This document shows positions 12,440 through 25,766 of a DNA stretch of 64,000 nt, piece after piece. The position numbers and the translations under genes were made by a program. Every line of letters starts with the position of its first letter. The first letter of the stretch is position 1. The DNA is taken from NCBI GenBank assembly GCA_003344405.1, contig NOWV01000108.1, positions 62,001 to 126,000 of the forward strand, written 5' to 3'. Under the pieces are notes generated by a model. That model made no database searches. It saw only the letters and a program-made list of their open reading frames with translations, and was not told the DNA's origin. The DNA is from Trichoplax sp. H2. Lineage: Eukaryota.

Positions 12440-14325
12440 AGAATTATAACAGCATATTTTGCATTTCCATGCGAGCTATTAACTGAATGAATATTCTTAA
12501 TTAAAGGATTAATTATGAGATTCATTTTCCACAGCTACTTGTTAAAACTATTAGTAGTTATGGCAAAGCACATAATTATCAATTAATATGAACATATTTT
12601 TGCATTTCGATGCGAGCTAAAATAACTGAAAGAAGATTTGTAATAGACTAATTATGCGATTCATTTTCCACAGCTACTTGTTAAAACTATTAGTAGTCAT
12701 GGTAAAACACATAATTCTTAATTATGAGCATATTTTTGCATTTCCATGCGAGCTATTAACTGAATGAATATTCTTAAAGGACTAATTATGTGATTCATTT
12801 TCCATAGCTACTTGTCAAAACTATTAGTAGCTATAGCAAAGCGCATAATTAATATAAACATATTTTGTATTTCGATACGAGCTATAATAACTGAAAGAAT
12901 ATTGTTAAAGGACTAATTATGAGATTCATTTTCTACAGCTACTTATTAAAACTATTAGTAGTTATGGCAAAGCACATAATTATCAATTAATATGAACATA
13001 TTTTTGCATTTCGATGCGAGCTATAATAACTGAAAGAAGATTTGTAATAGACTAATTATGTGATTCATTTTCCACAGCTACTTGTTAAAACTATTAGTAG
13101 TCATGGTAAAACACATAATTCTTAATTATGAGCATATTTTTGCATTTCGATACGAGCTATTAACTGTATGAATATTGTTAAAGGACTAATTATGTGATTC
13201 ATTTTGCACAGCTACTTGTTAAAACTATTAGTAGCTATAGCAAAGCGCATAATTAATATGAACATATTTTGTATTTCGATACGAGCTATAATAACTGAAA
13301 GAATATTGTTAAAGGACTAATTATGTGATTCATTTTCTACAGCTACTTGTTAAAACTATTAGCAGTTACGGCAAAACACATAATTATCAATTAATATGAA
13401 CATATTTTTACATTTCGACGCGAGCTAAAATAACTGAAAGAAGATTTTTAATAGACTAATTATGCGATTCATTTTTCACAGCTACTTGTTAAAACTATTA
13501 GTAGTTATGGCAAAACACATAATTATCAATTAATATGAACATATTTTTGCATTTCGATGCGAGCTAAAATAATTGAAAGAAGATTTTTAATAGACTATTT
13601 ATGAGATTCATTTTCCACAGCTACTTGTTAAAACTATTAGTAGTTAAGGCAAAACACGCAATTATTAATATGAACATATTTTTGCATTTCGATGCGAGCT
13701 ATTAAGTGTATGAACATTGCTAAAGGACTAATTATGTGATTCATTTTGCACAGCTACTTGTTAAAACTATTAGTAATCATGGTAAAACACATAATTATTA
13801 ATTATGAGCACATTTTTGCATTTCCATACGAGCTATTAACTGTATGAATATTCTTAATTCAAGGGTTAATTATGAGATTCATTTTCTACAGCTACTTATT
13901 AAAACTATAAGTAGTTATGGCAAAGCACATAATTATTAATTAATATGAACATATTTTGCATTTCGATACAAGCTATTAACTGTATGAATATTCTTAAAGG
14001 ACTAATTATGTGATTTATTTTCCATAGCTACTTATTAAAACTATTAATAGCTATGGCAAAGCGCATAATTAATATGAACATATTTTGTATTTCGATGCGA
14101 GCTATAATAACTGAATGAATATTGTTAAAGGACTTATTATGTGATTCATTTTCATAGCTACTTCCTAAAACTATTAGTAGTCATGGTAAAGCACATAATT
14201 ATTAATTACGAGCATACTTTTACATTTCGATGCGAGCTATTAACTGAATGAATATTCTTAAAGGATTAATTATGTGATTCATTTTCCATATCTGCTTGTT
14301 AAAGCTATTTAGTTGTCATGGCAGT
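12440..14325. repeat. Tandem array, 130-139-bp unit, ~14 copies, with higher-order structure
   Basis: Spacing of the marker (c/t)agctactt is 139, 134, 131, 139, 134, 131, 139, 139, 133, 138, 136, 130 bp. Confidence 0.97.
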
Positions 14326-16511
14326 AAAATTTAGTACTGTAATCACGGTATTGATAATAGCGATGCAGGCATCATACAGGGTTTATAGGAACGGTGTCCG
14401 TAGTCATTCAATTATTATTACCCTCTAGGGTTTCTAGTAGTCATGGTATTTTAGTAGTAATAAACAGTTCCTTTCTGTAGTGATCAGGAAGGGCCGAGAA
14501 GATATGCATCACTATAAATAAATAATAAATATCATTAATTCGTTTACTAATCAATAAATGATTGAATGCGTCGCGTAGTGATTTTGCACTATTTAGCTGC
14601 CTTCTAAATTGAATAGTTTAATGTGGATTCTACCAGTTAAGGGATAGATCGTTAATGACGTTATCAGCGAATAGCATGAAGAGGAAGGGAAATATACAGT
14701 AATGTAAAAACTACTATAGTTGCCTACTAAAAGGATATCATCATTCATGGGTGCATTTACGGAACTGTTTCTCAGCTCCGAGACTAAAATTGGAGTGTGC
14801 TGTGTAGTAAATTCTCTACTGCACTTACAGTTAGTGGAAACTAACTTTTAATAAGTAATATTTCTTTAGCATTCGATTTTTATAAACTGTCCAGATCATA
14901 TACACAATAATTTCTCAGTATCAAAGACTAACATTAGTTTGCAGAATCCCGTCTAGTAGGACCTCAACATCACATAGATTCTCTTGGTAAAGACGATTGT
15001 AGTCTACTGCATTACAAGGAAAATGAAGCCCTATTCAATAATTGTAACGCAATTTTCGTATCTATAGCCCAATCTGTGCCTAATTAAACAGTTATGTTTG
15101 CGCCATAGTAGGCCACCACTAATTACGCCATAAGTCGATAAATGATTAGGAGAGAATCAGAGTGTATACACAGAAACTATTCACGCTTAAATAAAGTAGT
15201 TCATTTCAATAATCCAACCACTATTTTTAAGACTCTATTTAAAATATTGGAAGCACATTGGATCTAATCTGTTGGATGGAATTAATGCAAAAGATCAAGT
15301 ACTACTTACGTGCTTGAGGATAAGCGTATCGTATTCATGAAATTATGGCATTTACGATGGATAACTTGCTACATGAACACGATTCTGTTATAGTGTGAAA
15401 TATAAACAATACAACATACTAATATACGAGGCATAGCAATAAGTACTGTCTTTACAGTTAATAACAGTGAGAACTAGATCTGACTGTAGGTGATAAAAGT
15501 TAAGCCACGCTTCTTACTAGATATGATTGTGTTGTCCCATTGATTTTATCTTTTAGATGAAATTACCACTCACTACTCCAAAATCATCGGTTTTTCAAAT
15601 TGGCAACATCATCATAAAGTTTACTCAATTAACTTACAATCTCACTATACTATTTCTCTTAACTATTTCATAAAATTAGATCCACAACTGCCGTATAACC
15701 AGGTCTTTTCAAAATTCATACCTCTATTCATTCAATATTTATTGTACGAGTATGCGTATATTTCTAGCACAATCTTAGCCTTGAGTGTATGCAAATTTTC
15801 AATCTCATCATTCGTTGAGCTAACCAATAGTAAATTCAATTTACTGTTAAGCCAAGGTTGATGATATTTGAACAAAATATACCCAACTCTAATCATTCTA
15901 CGGAGAAAGCAACTTAAGAGCACCAAACTAGCTCTACATCACATCAAGTATAACAAACGTCATTTAATTTGCAACTCATAAACAATATGAATTTATTGTC
16001 ATCACACCGGATATTTAAAAATCGTCATTCGACTCGTACTGAATGAATATGGTTGATTACATAGTCTTAAGCATGTTATAAAGGAAAGATGCTTCTTGAA
16101 CGCTTTGAGAAAGCGTGGATACCATTGATACATTTTCATGCTAGAATCTTTCCAAGAGAAGTATTTTCTTGCTGTACAACTAACATAATATAAATTTTTT
16201 CAAAGTGCTACAACGATGTAGATTGTCATTAGTTTGAGGTTTTTCGTTATTTTTTCAACTTCTGATTGCCTTAACAACTTAATAAATTTTAGCGTTCATT
16301 TATCGCTCGTTCCACCGTCATAATAAAAATTAACTTTACAACCAATATCAAACGGTAGTAACATCTATGCTGTATTCCATTACAGAATCATCGTGAACGA
16401 TCCTGCCATCTGCAAATCTGATTAAAATAAATCAAAGGATTTTAAATTCAAATCCCATATATATTACTTAAATTATCAATTTCCAGTACTTTTCCTTTAT
16501 TCAGAGGATTA

Positions 16512-19500
16512 TTATTGGTACTCGATTTGAACAGTCAGCTGTTGAACCCCAACCTAATTGAAATTAATGCAAATGCCAGAATCGACATTACTATCACATA
16601 CGGCAATACCGAATACCGAACTTAAACCCTAATTCATCGTAATAAATAATGCTTTAAGGTAATGTAATCACGTACCCGCGTAAAAATATGACGAACTTCA
16701 TTTAAAACCATGCTATAATTCGCGTTCGGATCTATAACAACTCTCAGTGTACCTACAGTAACATTACTGTAGCACAAGAAATGTAAAAAATATGTTGTGA
16801 AGTTCACTACGTGTACAAAGGTAATAGAGAACTCAACAAACCTGCATAAAGTCCAGAAATGGGGTTCATGATAACTTAAGATGCCTTCAACGCTCAAAAC
16901 CTATTATATTTCAAATATTCATGCATGAAATTATAGACAAATATTGTATACGTATATGATCATAGTTACAGTAAGTTAGCAGCATTATACTAATGACATC
17001 GCAATCACCTGTTGGTAACAAGTAGGTAAAATATGCTCAATTTCCGCTGGTGTTCGCTGCATTAGAATGGTAATGGAATCCGAAACTAACGGATAAACGC
17101 TGTAAAGAAATAGAAATCAATCCATACCGTATCGTTGCACTACTACCTATATCAGAAGCTAGGCGTATATTTAAAAATCATTTCCAATGTAGAAAATTTT
17201 TATCGAAGGCTAATGATGGAAGTGATGCAATGCATACCTTATCACAATTAGCACAGCAATAAACATAGAACAAATAGGGTCAGCCATCATCCAGCCTAAA
17301 ACATGTTGAACCGATGTAAGAGTGCCAATTTAAAAAATCAGTTGAAGCATACATACGCTAACCGATAAACAGTATTGATGAAATAAAAACCCATTAAACT
17401 GTGTCAGCATAATTTACGCAGATATTTACTAATAAAGACATGATATGAAAGTACTGCATAGTCATCATAAATAAAAGTTAGCCAAGCTACTAGTGAGGAT
17501 TTGCAGTTTACCGTAACGAGAGAGTAAATATGACGAAATGATAACACCAACACTTCCCAAAGTATCTGCCAAGACGTGTAAAAATATTCCTACGTAGCAT
17601 TCAGAAGTTACGTCGCGTTAGGCAAATATCATTTGTTAATAAATACAGAATGCCTCCAAGAAGGAAAATATAAAAAACCATACCGTGCATAATTTTCTGT
17701 TGCGATCCTGGAATATCTGCTTTATCTTCAATACTAGTATCTAATGGATTAATTGGCAATGAAATCAAAATGTCAATGGAAGCAAGCATTAACATCCTGA
17801 GAGGTATTGCTAAAATAACAGCATGACTCATTTACCCTGAGAATGGCCAGACGCGAACGAATTATGACTTCCATTATCTAATCCATGAGCATGACCACCA
17901 TGGGAATGTCCATGACCACCATGCGAATGTCCATGACCACCGTGTGAGTGTCCATGACCATGTTGAAAGGCAAAAATTCCCACCATGTTTACTATGAATC
18001 CCATTATAGAAACGACCAATAGCCTTTCGTGTTTTACCTCAGGCGGTTGAAAAGCACGCTAGTAGTGATAGAAATATTTATAGTAAGTGGAATACACTAA
18101 CAATAAGGAAATGTTGCAGTATGCATTCAGTATTTCCGAAATTAGAAGTTGTTATAAGTTGACTTATGATTTTAAGGTCTACAACCAATACCTGGTTATT
18201 GATAAAATCAATTTGTATACTATATACCTCAATAGCTTCAGCAAAGACGAAGAAGCCAACAAATAGCAAAAAGACACCATTTAGAAAGCCAGCAATGATT
18301 TCAGATCTCAGATAACTACAATTTGAATGCAATATTGAATCGATCAGATGTTGTACTCTCTTTAGTCCATAAAACCGCAATAGACCAATCTCAACATTAA
18401 TGAGTGTATCGAAACGATTCAATTGCTAAACTACAGCGATTTCTACACTATTTGGTCAATGTAATAGCACAATCATTCAATGTTCTTTTATTGCCAAAAG
18501 GCATTAATCCTATTGAACATATTGAAAGCACGACTTTACCCATATGAGTATGTTTCGTTGTGAGGTTTTCGTGATACCACCACAGCAATTAAGCCAGCTA
18601 TCAAGGCAGTACAATCAAAAAACATATGGAAGGCATCGGATATCAAGCCAAGACTAGGGAGTGTACAAAATAGAATTGGGAACGATATTTAGACTGCCAG
18701 GTGTCGATAAGTGGATATGGAGAGTAAAAATACGGTATATATAAATAAACAAAGTAGCCAACTTTTTATAACGTTAAGTTTACGTGAACTTTACGCTCTT
18801 AGATAATATCCTATAATGTTTGCTACAAGCAGTATGCTATATGTAACAATATCAAGATGTATACGCTAACTTGATGTATAAAACTATCAATACTAGTGTA
18901 CTGTGGATAGAAAATATATTATAGAAAATTGTTACCAACCTATTGCTGTAGATACCAAATGTCAACTCTACAAAGGCAAATGAGAAATTTAAACACAAGA
19001 AGAGGAAAAGATTTCTTGAGTTTGTTTCGGATAAAATTGTTCTATCAATAGAAAAAGATTGCTATTGTAAGATTAAAGACAAGAATATATCAACATGATT
19101 GTATTTACCATTAGCGTAGGAAGTAATTGATATAATCGTAAGTCAATCAATCTCTCTACACTGTCAATTTAACATTTGGATAGTAGGTAATGTGTGTCGA
19201 AAGGCTTGATTGGTTATCAACGTATTACGAGTAACGTAGGAAGCACTTGATCCACCAGTTGTCGTATGTACTCAATATTCCTATGGTATGGAAAGTATAT
19301 CGAAATGTTTGGTTCAATGCCTGGATTGATAGTAACGTAGGAAGTAATTGATCCAATCGATCCTTTTACAGTTGTACTCAATATTCATGTGGTATGGAAA
19401 ACACATGGAAATGTTTTGGTTGATTTTAATGGATTACGTGTAACGTAGGAAGCAATTGATCCAATCGATCCCTTTACAGTTGTACTCAATATTCATGTGG

Positions 19501-21584
19501 TATGGAAAACACAAGGAAATGTTTGGTTGATTTTAAAGGATTAAGAGTTAACGTAGGAAGCAATTGATATACAAGTCAATCAATCTCTTCACAGTTGCAA
19601 TATGTACACTGGCCATTGAGTAAGGTAAAAGGCAATTGATGTTAATCTCTATACAGCCTAGAATACATGTCGAAATTGAAACGTATTACCAGAAATGGTG
19701 CAAGCAATTGTACAAGGAACTCTTTACAATTGTAAAACGTATGAAAAAAATGTCAGCCAGTATAAGATCAGAAATTCAAATTCATTTTTGGTCATATTGT
19801 ACTGTAATTTGTTGACTTTTGCTGATGGCATAAGTCCAGTGGTCCAAGTTCGTCCTGTCAAGGAGAATTTGTGTTGAAGATTGGAGTCGCTCTCGTATGA
19901 ATACGTATGAAAATATGGAGGCAGCAGGCAGCATAGAATGGGAAATTAAAAATCATTTTTGGGTAATATTGCAATTTTTGAATTTTCCTAATGGAATAAG
20001 TCAAGTGGGACAAATGTAATAACTAAGAATTTCTATTGAAGATTGGTGTATGGTCTAATGTGGAAGTAACTACGATAAAGTGGAAAAGTTGGATTGATTG
20101 TTCTTGTCTATGCGAATAGTGGATATGAAACTTGTCAGCCTAGCCATCATCATTTTGAAGGTTGATTTTTTTTGTCAGCGTCATTTGAGCCTATCCAATA
20201 CGAATCTATCAAGAGTCTATGAGTTGATGGTTTACCATTCACTCGCTATTTTAGCATGCATATTTTTGCTATGGATGGAAGAAGATTCTGTAGACTGCAT
20301 CGATTGCATCTTCACCTCAGTCATGCATCCATGGTAAACTTAAAAGAAATGATAGACTTAGGAGGAAAGAGATCGTTTCCTTCCAAGCAACAAAGTATCC
20401 ATGAGTCAAAGTGAGAGCAAATCAACGTAGATCAACGTAGAAGACGGAGAAAAAGTGAAAATGATCGCTAGGCTAAGCTATTCCATGTTCACCTCAGTGA
20501 CGCATCTATGGTAAACTTGAAGAAACGACAGACTTAGGAGGAGAAGAGATCGTTTCCTTCCAAGCAACAAAGTATCCATGAGACAAAGTGAGAGAAAATC
20601 AACGTAGACCATGGAGAAAAAGTGAATATGATCGCTAGGCTAAGCTATTCCATGTTCACCTCAGTGACGTATCTATGGTAAACTTGAAGAAATGATAGAC
20701 GAAGGAGGAAAGAGATCGTTTCCTTCCAAGCAACAAAGTATCCATGAGTCAAAGTGAGAGAAAATCAACGTAGACCATGGAGAAAAAGTGAATATGATCG
20801 CTAGGCTAAGCTATTCCATGTTCACCTCAGTGACGCATCTATGGTAAACTTGAAGAAATGACAGACTAAGGAGGAAGGAGGAAAGAGATAGATCGTTTCC
20901 TTCCAAGCAACAAAGTATCCATGGGTCAAAGTGAGAGAAAATCAACGTCGATCAACGTAGAAGACGGAGAAAAAGTGAAAATGATTGTCAGTCTAAACTA
21001 TGATAATCCCCAAAATAAAAAGTTAATTTACTGCGGGTAGTCCTTAATGAACTTTATACAATTTTATGCAGTCCATCAGTGGAAAGACTGCCATGACTAC
21101 TTGTCTAGGATAACTTCTCCTTTTCCTATCCATTCTACTGCATTAGCCATGGTTATTGGCTATAGAAATGAAGTATATCGCTGGGCATTTTTTTTTTTTT
21201 CCCCATTTCTACACCGCCATGGAGAGCTTGGTCGAGGATGGGGATTTGCCTGGTCATAAATCGACCAACGGCATCGAGCTGGTATCCACTGGTCAATTTA
21301 CTAGTGATCACAGCGGTGTTTGAGTACCGAGATTGGATCAACGAGTTGGCCATCCATCCATGGTCACCATGATAGCCTACAGTATGACATGATGATGGGG
21401 TTTGTTGGCCAAGATGGCGGTGTTGCCATCTTGTCTATGGATCGGTCCATGGCCTACTGTCAATGAAGGAAGATAGCATGGATTGATGCATGGCATAGAC
21501 TTACCTAAACCACGTTACGATAGCATTCTTGCATCGCCATGAAGATGATTTCTTTTTCTCCCCTTCATATAACGGCAACATCAT
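16512..21584 (-). CDS. SLC30A7: Golgi zinc transporter ZnT7, CDF family (12 exons: 21584-21505, 19041-18940, 18653-18540, 18315-18228, 18058-17836, ~17740-17683, ~17589-17512, ~17296-17238, 17099-17009, 16900-16842, 16766-16676, 16553-16512)
   Basis: MMLPLYE..TWFRTILSETNSRNLFLFLCLNFSFAFVEL..SLGLISDAFHMFFDCTAL..YGYLRSEIIAGFLNG, then a His-rich loop, then GIFLHVLADTLGSVGVI..ADPICS..ILMQRTP..EPHFWTLC..VGVQQLTVQIEYQ*. The short N-terminus favours ZnT7 over ZnT5. Confidence 0.93.
19110..19600. repeat. Degenerate tandem array, ~100-120-bp unit, ~5 copies, in ZnT7 intron 1
   Basis: cgtaggaag(c/t)aattgat recurs at ~19115, 19235, 19335, 19444 and 19551. Confidence 0.85.
20311..20990. repeat. Tandem array, ~166-177-bp unit, 4 copies, in ZnT7 intron 1
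   Basis: ttcacctcagt...gatcgtttccttccaagcaacaaagtatccatg starts at 20311, 20488, 20655 and 20821. Confidence 0.95.
21410..21420 (+). promoter_or_regulatory. YY1-like motif CAAGATGGCGG just inside ZnT7 intron 1
   Basis: Matches the YY1 consensus core within a GC-rich promoter-proximal region. Binding is not shown. Confidence 0.3.
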
Positions 21585-21879
21585 TCAATGGAGCGGATGA
21601 TGGCAATCAATGGAAAGCCTAGACGTCCAATCTTCTTCGATTTCTTGGTATAACGACGACCAGTCAGCAAGGCATGAATCATTCACCGATGGATCAATGA
21701 CTTCCTATCATCCACGATCAACTGAGTAATTTACTAATGACGATTAGCAAAGAAGAAGAATGATGAATTCAATCCAATCGACTGTGTAAAATGCAATCCA
21801 CTTGCTAAAAAGCCTCTCCAGCTTTCCTTCCACAGTAATGGCCGATCGCTCTTTTCAACCAACAAGAAGACGATGGTGG

Positions 21880-22480
21880 CCGGACACTGGACGGACAAGT
21901 GGACTGTTCTGGACTGTAGTTTACAGTACATTGGACAGTAAAACTCCGGTCCAGTCCTGTACGCTACCGTCCTGGCTGGAAGTCTGTCTGTATAGTCCTG
22001 GACCATCAAGACGCTTCTGTATGGTACAGTACTGTACAGTACAGTACACGCTAGTGTACAGTACAGTATTGGCTATGACAGTAGAAAGATACTGTAGGTG
22101 GTGGTTGTACTGTACAGTGTACACTGTACACTGTACCGTTTACAGACGACTGGAGTATAGGACTTACTCCAGTACGGTCCTGCACTGTATTTTACAGTAC
22201 TGTCGACAGTAAAACTCCGGTCCAGTACTGTACAACTGTACTGTACGCTACAGTCCTTGCCAGACGTCTGTCTGTATAGTACTGGAAACAGAGTGCACAG
22301 TACCATGTACTGTAAGAGTGCTTACGTTGTCAAGTTTGCTTTCTTTCCAACGCCATGCTAGACAGAGAGAAGGATGCTATCGTGGCCGGACGGGGGGAGC
22401 GGTGGACGTGGAGCATCGCGGCCGTATGGAAGGAAGGACCGCGATCATACTGTACTGTAGTGTAGATTATGCCTCTATCA
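21880..22480. promoter_or_regulatory. GC-richer region upstream of ZnT7, dense in TACAGTA/TACTGTA palindromes and containing a ~90-105-bp direct duplication
   Basis: Duplicated block gacagtaaaactccggtccagt...gtctgtctgtatagt at ~21911-22002 and ~22182-22286, plus several perfect palindromes. Confidence 0.55.
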
Positions 22481-22939
22481 TCATGGCTAGTGGCTTGAAA
22501 AGAAGAAGCAAACTCTTTCCAAGGTCCTTTTCAACCATACTCTACATTTGCAATGCTAGACTACACTCTTTATACAGTGGAATGGATCAATCAATCTCCA
22601 GTGGATAGATATACAAGTGTTCAATCTTGCATACAGTCGATCAAGTCGATGAGAAATGGACACCATGCCACAGTTCTCTACGTATTACGCGATACAATAC
22701 CATAAGCTAATAATCAATATAATTAATGGCAATATTCAATAACACTGCCTAGGAGATCAGATATATCTCATACGTTATCTATTTACAACATAGAATCTTA
22801 TCAACATATTACACATAGGTGTTCACCAAAGAGAAATTGAATAATTTACATGCAAAAGCAATAACAATCAAACTTGTTGCATTTCTCATCCAAGGTATTG
22901 ATGAGGTATCAATGCAATAACCTACATATATAACAGTAA

Positions 22940-23480
22940 TGAGAATAAAAGTCCATTTCATATCTTATTATTTTTGTACTCGTTTATATTTATGAAATAG
23001 AAATCCAATCTTTTACAGTACATATGAAAATAACAAGAATAATACTTCATTTCCTATCTTATTCTATTCGTATACATTCTTCAAATAGAAATCCAGTCTT
23101 TTACATGTCAAAATAACAAGAAGAAAACTTCATTTCCTATCTTATTCTATTCGTATACATTCCTCAAATAGAAATCCAGTCTTTTATATGTCAAAATAAC
23201 AAGAAGAAAACTTCATTTCCTATCTTATTGTATTCGTATACATTCCTCAAATAGAAATCCAGTCTTTTACATGTCAAAATAAGAAGAAGAAAACTTCATT
23301 TCCTATCTTATTCTATTCGTATATGCATTCATCAAATAGAAATCCAGTCTTTTACATGTCAAAATAATAAGAAGAAAAACTTCATTTCCTATCTTATTAT
23401 ATTCATACGTGCTGTATTCGTGAAATAGAAATCCAATCTTTTACATATGAAAATACCAAGAATAAAGATTTATTCCCTTT
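22940..23480. repeat. Tandem array, ~83-bp unit, ~6 copies
   Basis: aaatagaaatcc recurs at ~22996, 23083, 23166, 23249, 23334 and 23423. Confidence 0.93.
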
Positions 23481-25766
23481 CTTTATCATACCAGTATATA
23501 TTGATAACGTCCAAGTCCAGTCAAGCCATTGAGATGCAAGTGTAATCAAATTGGAACCTATTAAATTCACATTACACGTATTTATTAACTGCATACTCGC
23601 ATATTTCGATCAGAACGAAGCATGCTTATAATACGCTTGATATCAATTACAAAAGACTAAATATACCGAGATAGCACGTATCGCTTATTCCTTATACGCC
23701 AGCTTATCTACTGACTAAAATCCGACCATATTGATGTATAATTCTATCTATCTGTGTCAAATTTACTGCAGTATACTATCCAGCAGTCGATGCAATACTA
23801 TATTAGTCGCTTGGTCATTACTATCTAGTGATTCTTCTGGTAACTGATTTAAACTTAGATGCATACTTTAAATTCAATCATTCATATATGCCATTGCATC
23901 ATTTTCCTAAATGACTAGAATTGATACCATCTATCGGTATTGACCATTTCTACCTTTCTATTACAACCAAAAACATTAATAACGCACCTGAAAATACTAA
24001 AAAAGTACAGTATACACTTCTTAATAGTAAATACGAGCTTGCCGACTTAGTAATAGGTCTGCAATGTACTATCCAGCAGTATATATATAGTAATGTGTCT
24101 CTATTTATATACCGTCTACTGCTTACGCCAGTCACTAGGATATTACCCACGATTCCTCTAGCTATTGATATTGAGTAAGCCGCTAATCTGTCGGATTAAT
24201 TGCTAAACTGTGCAATGAGGGAATATCTAGATACGTACGGTATACTATACTGTACTAGCCGCATAAGCATATTTAGGTGTACTACAGTAAGTGTATTCGT
24301 ACATTTTCATATTGCTCTGCAATATACTGTCGTTCAGGCTTGATAATCAATAGATGAAATAATTAAACGGATCGGCAACCCTAACTGTGTTGGATTGATT
24401 GATATCTACTGTATTCTATCATAATCTACATACGATATCTATATTCTACACAAATAAAAAAACACAATTCTTAATACAAAATCATGTACCGATCTCTGAA
24501 ATCGACTAAAGCTAAAATAGATTGAGATCAAACGACTAATATTGACCAATATCAATCTAATTAATGCAACAACTGAGCTCCACAGTCACTTGTATTATAA
24601 GTTCTACAGTTAGCCCAATTATATGAATTTACAACGATATTGAAAGGAAATAAGTTGCTATGGTACTGTACATCATCCATGTTAACTCAATTTGAATCAT
24701 AATTAGATCAAGCTATAGTGACTACGGCACGTTATTTTCTTAAATGACAAGCACACAAAACTTTCATCCAAGCTTCAGAAAACAATACTGTGTTTACATA
24801 AAATTCATATTCTTTAATGTAGTATAGTTAAGTAAGATAGTTGTAGTGTTCAAGTGCTGTAGGATACATTGACTAATCATGTCGAGAGAACAATATATAT
24901 ATATAAGATACATCGAATAGCAAGATAGATATCTATACTATATAACACTCATTAAGCTTGGTGAATAATCAGTGTTCCTCTTAGCAGAAACAATATAAGC
25001 GGAATGAATTGTCTACAAAACGGACGATCATTTCCTATTTTAGCCTATTGCTACTTGCTAAATTCAATCTTTTTGTTTGCTCTGCCCTGTCTTACAAAAT
25101 TGTACATGCCTTGAGCTGATGGAATCGTATTGTAACCATTAAGACTGTACAAAGTCAACATAATCAAGATTTCATTTATTGCTAGTCACACAGCAATTAT
25201 TTACAGTTAATTAGGATGACAATAGTTGAATAATAATTGTTATGTTTATTTCTAAAGCTTTGAAAACATCATCTTTTAAGGGCAAATCTCTGTATCGCAC
25301 GTGATCACATAGCTAAATAATATTTCGCTAAGCTCTTCTTCTTGCCTAATGCATATATCTTAGTCACTGTGGACACTAAAACCCGCTCTACATGTTACTA
25401 GTACTGTAAGGGAATTTCTAATTGCAGTATAAGTACTGCGAAAGCAATTACCACCATCGATATTACTATAGACGAATCAACTGAAAATAAACTAAACTAC
25501 TTCAAAGCTAATCTGAAAGGTATGATTATCCAATTTTTTTCTCCGTATCTCCTACAATATAGCGTTTAAAAATTGATAGGAAATACTTTTATCTTAAGTG
25601 AAGATGACAATATCGAGCTGGAATAGTTAACAATAACCCTAAGTTGTCCTTTTCCCTCCCTAAATTGTTAAAAAATTCTTTTCTGCTGTATTTCTCTCCC
25701 AGTCTTACGCTCATTATCAAGTAGACGCAACCTTAAAATTATTTGGGAAAGAAACTAGACTTGACA

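Noticed and set aside
14400-16450. Additional coding gene between the 12.4-14.3 kb array and the ZnT7 3' end
   Set aside because: A splice-bounded segment near 15310-15385 has stops in all three minus-strand frames, and the ORF at 15732-15926 has no recognisable features.
21047-22608. Cluster of short ORFs on both strands (Y/C/T/V-rich)
   Set aside because: They result from TACAGT repeats and higher GC in the promoter island, and show no recognisable protein features.
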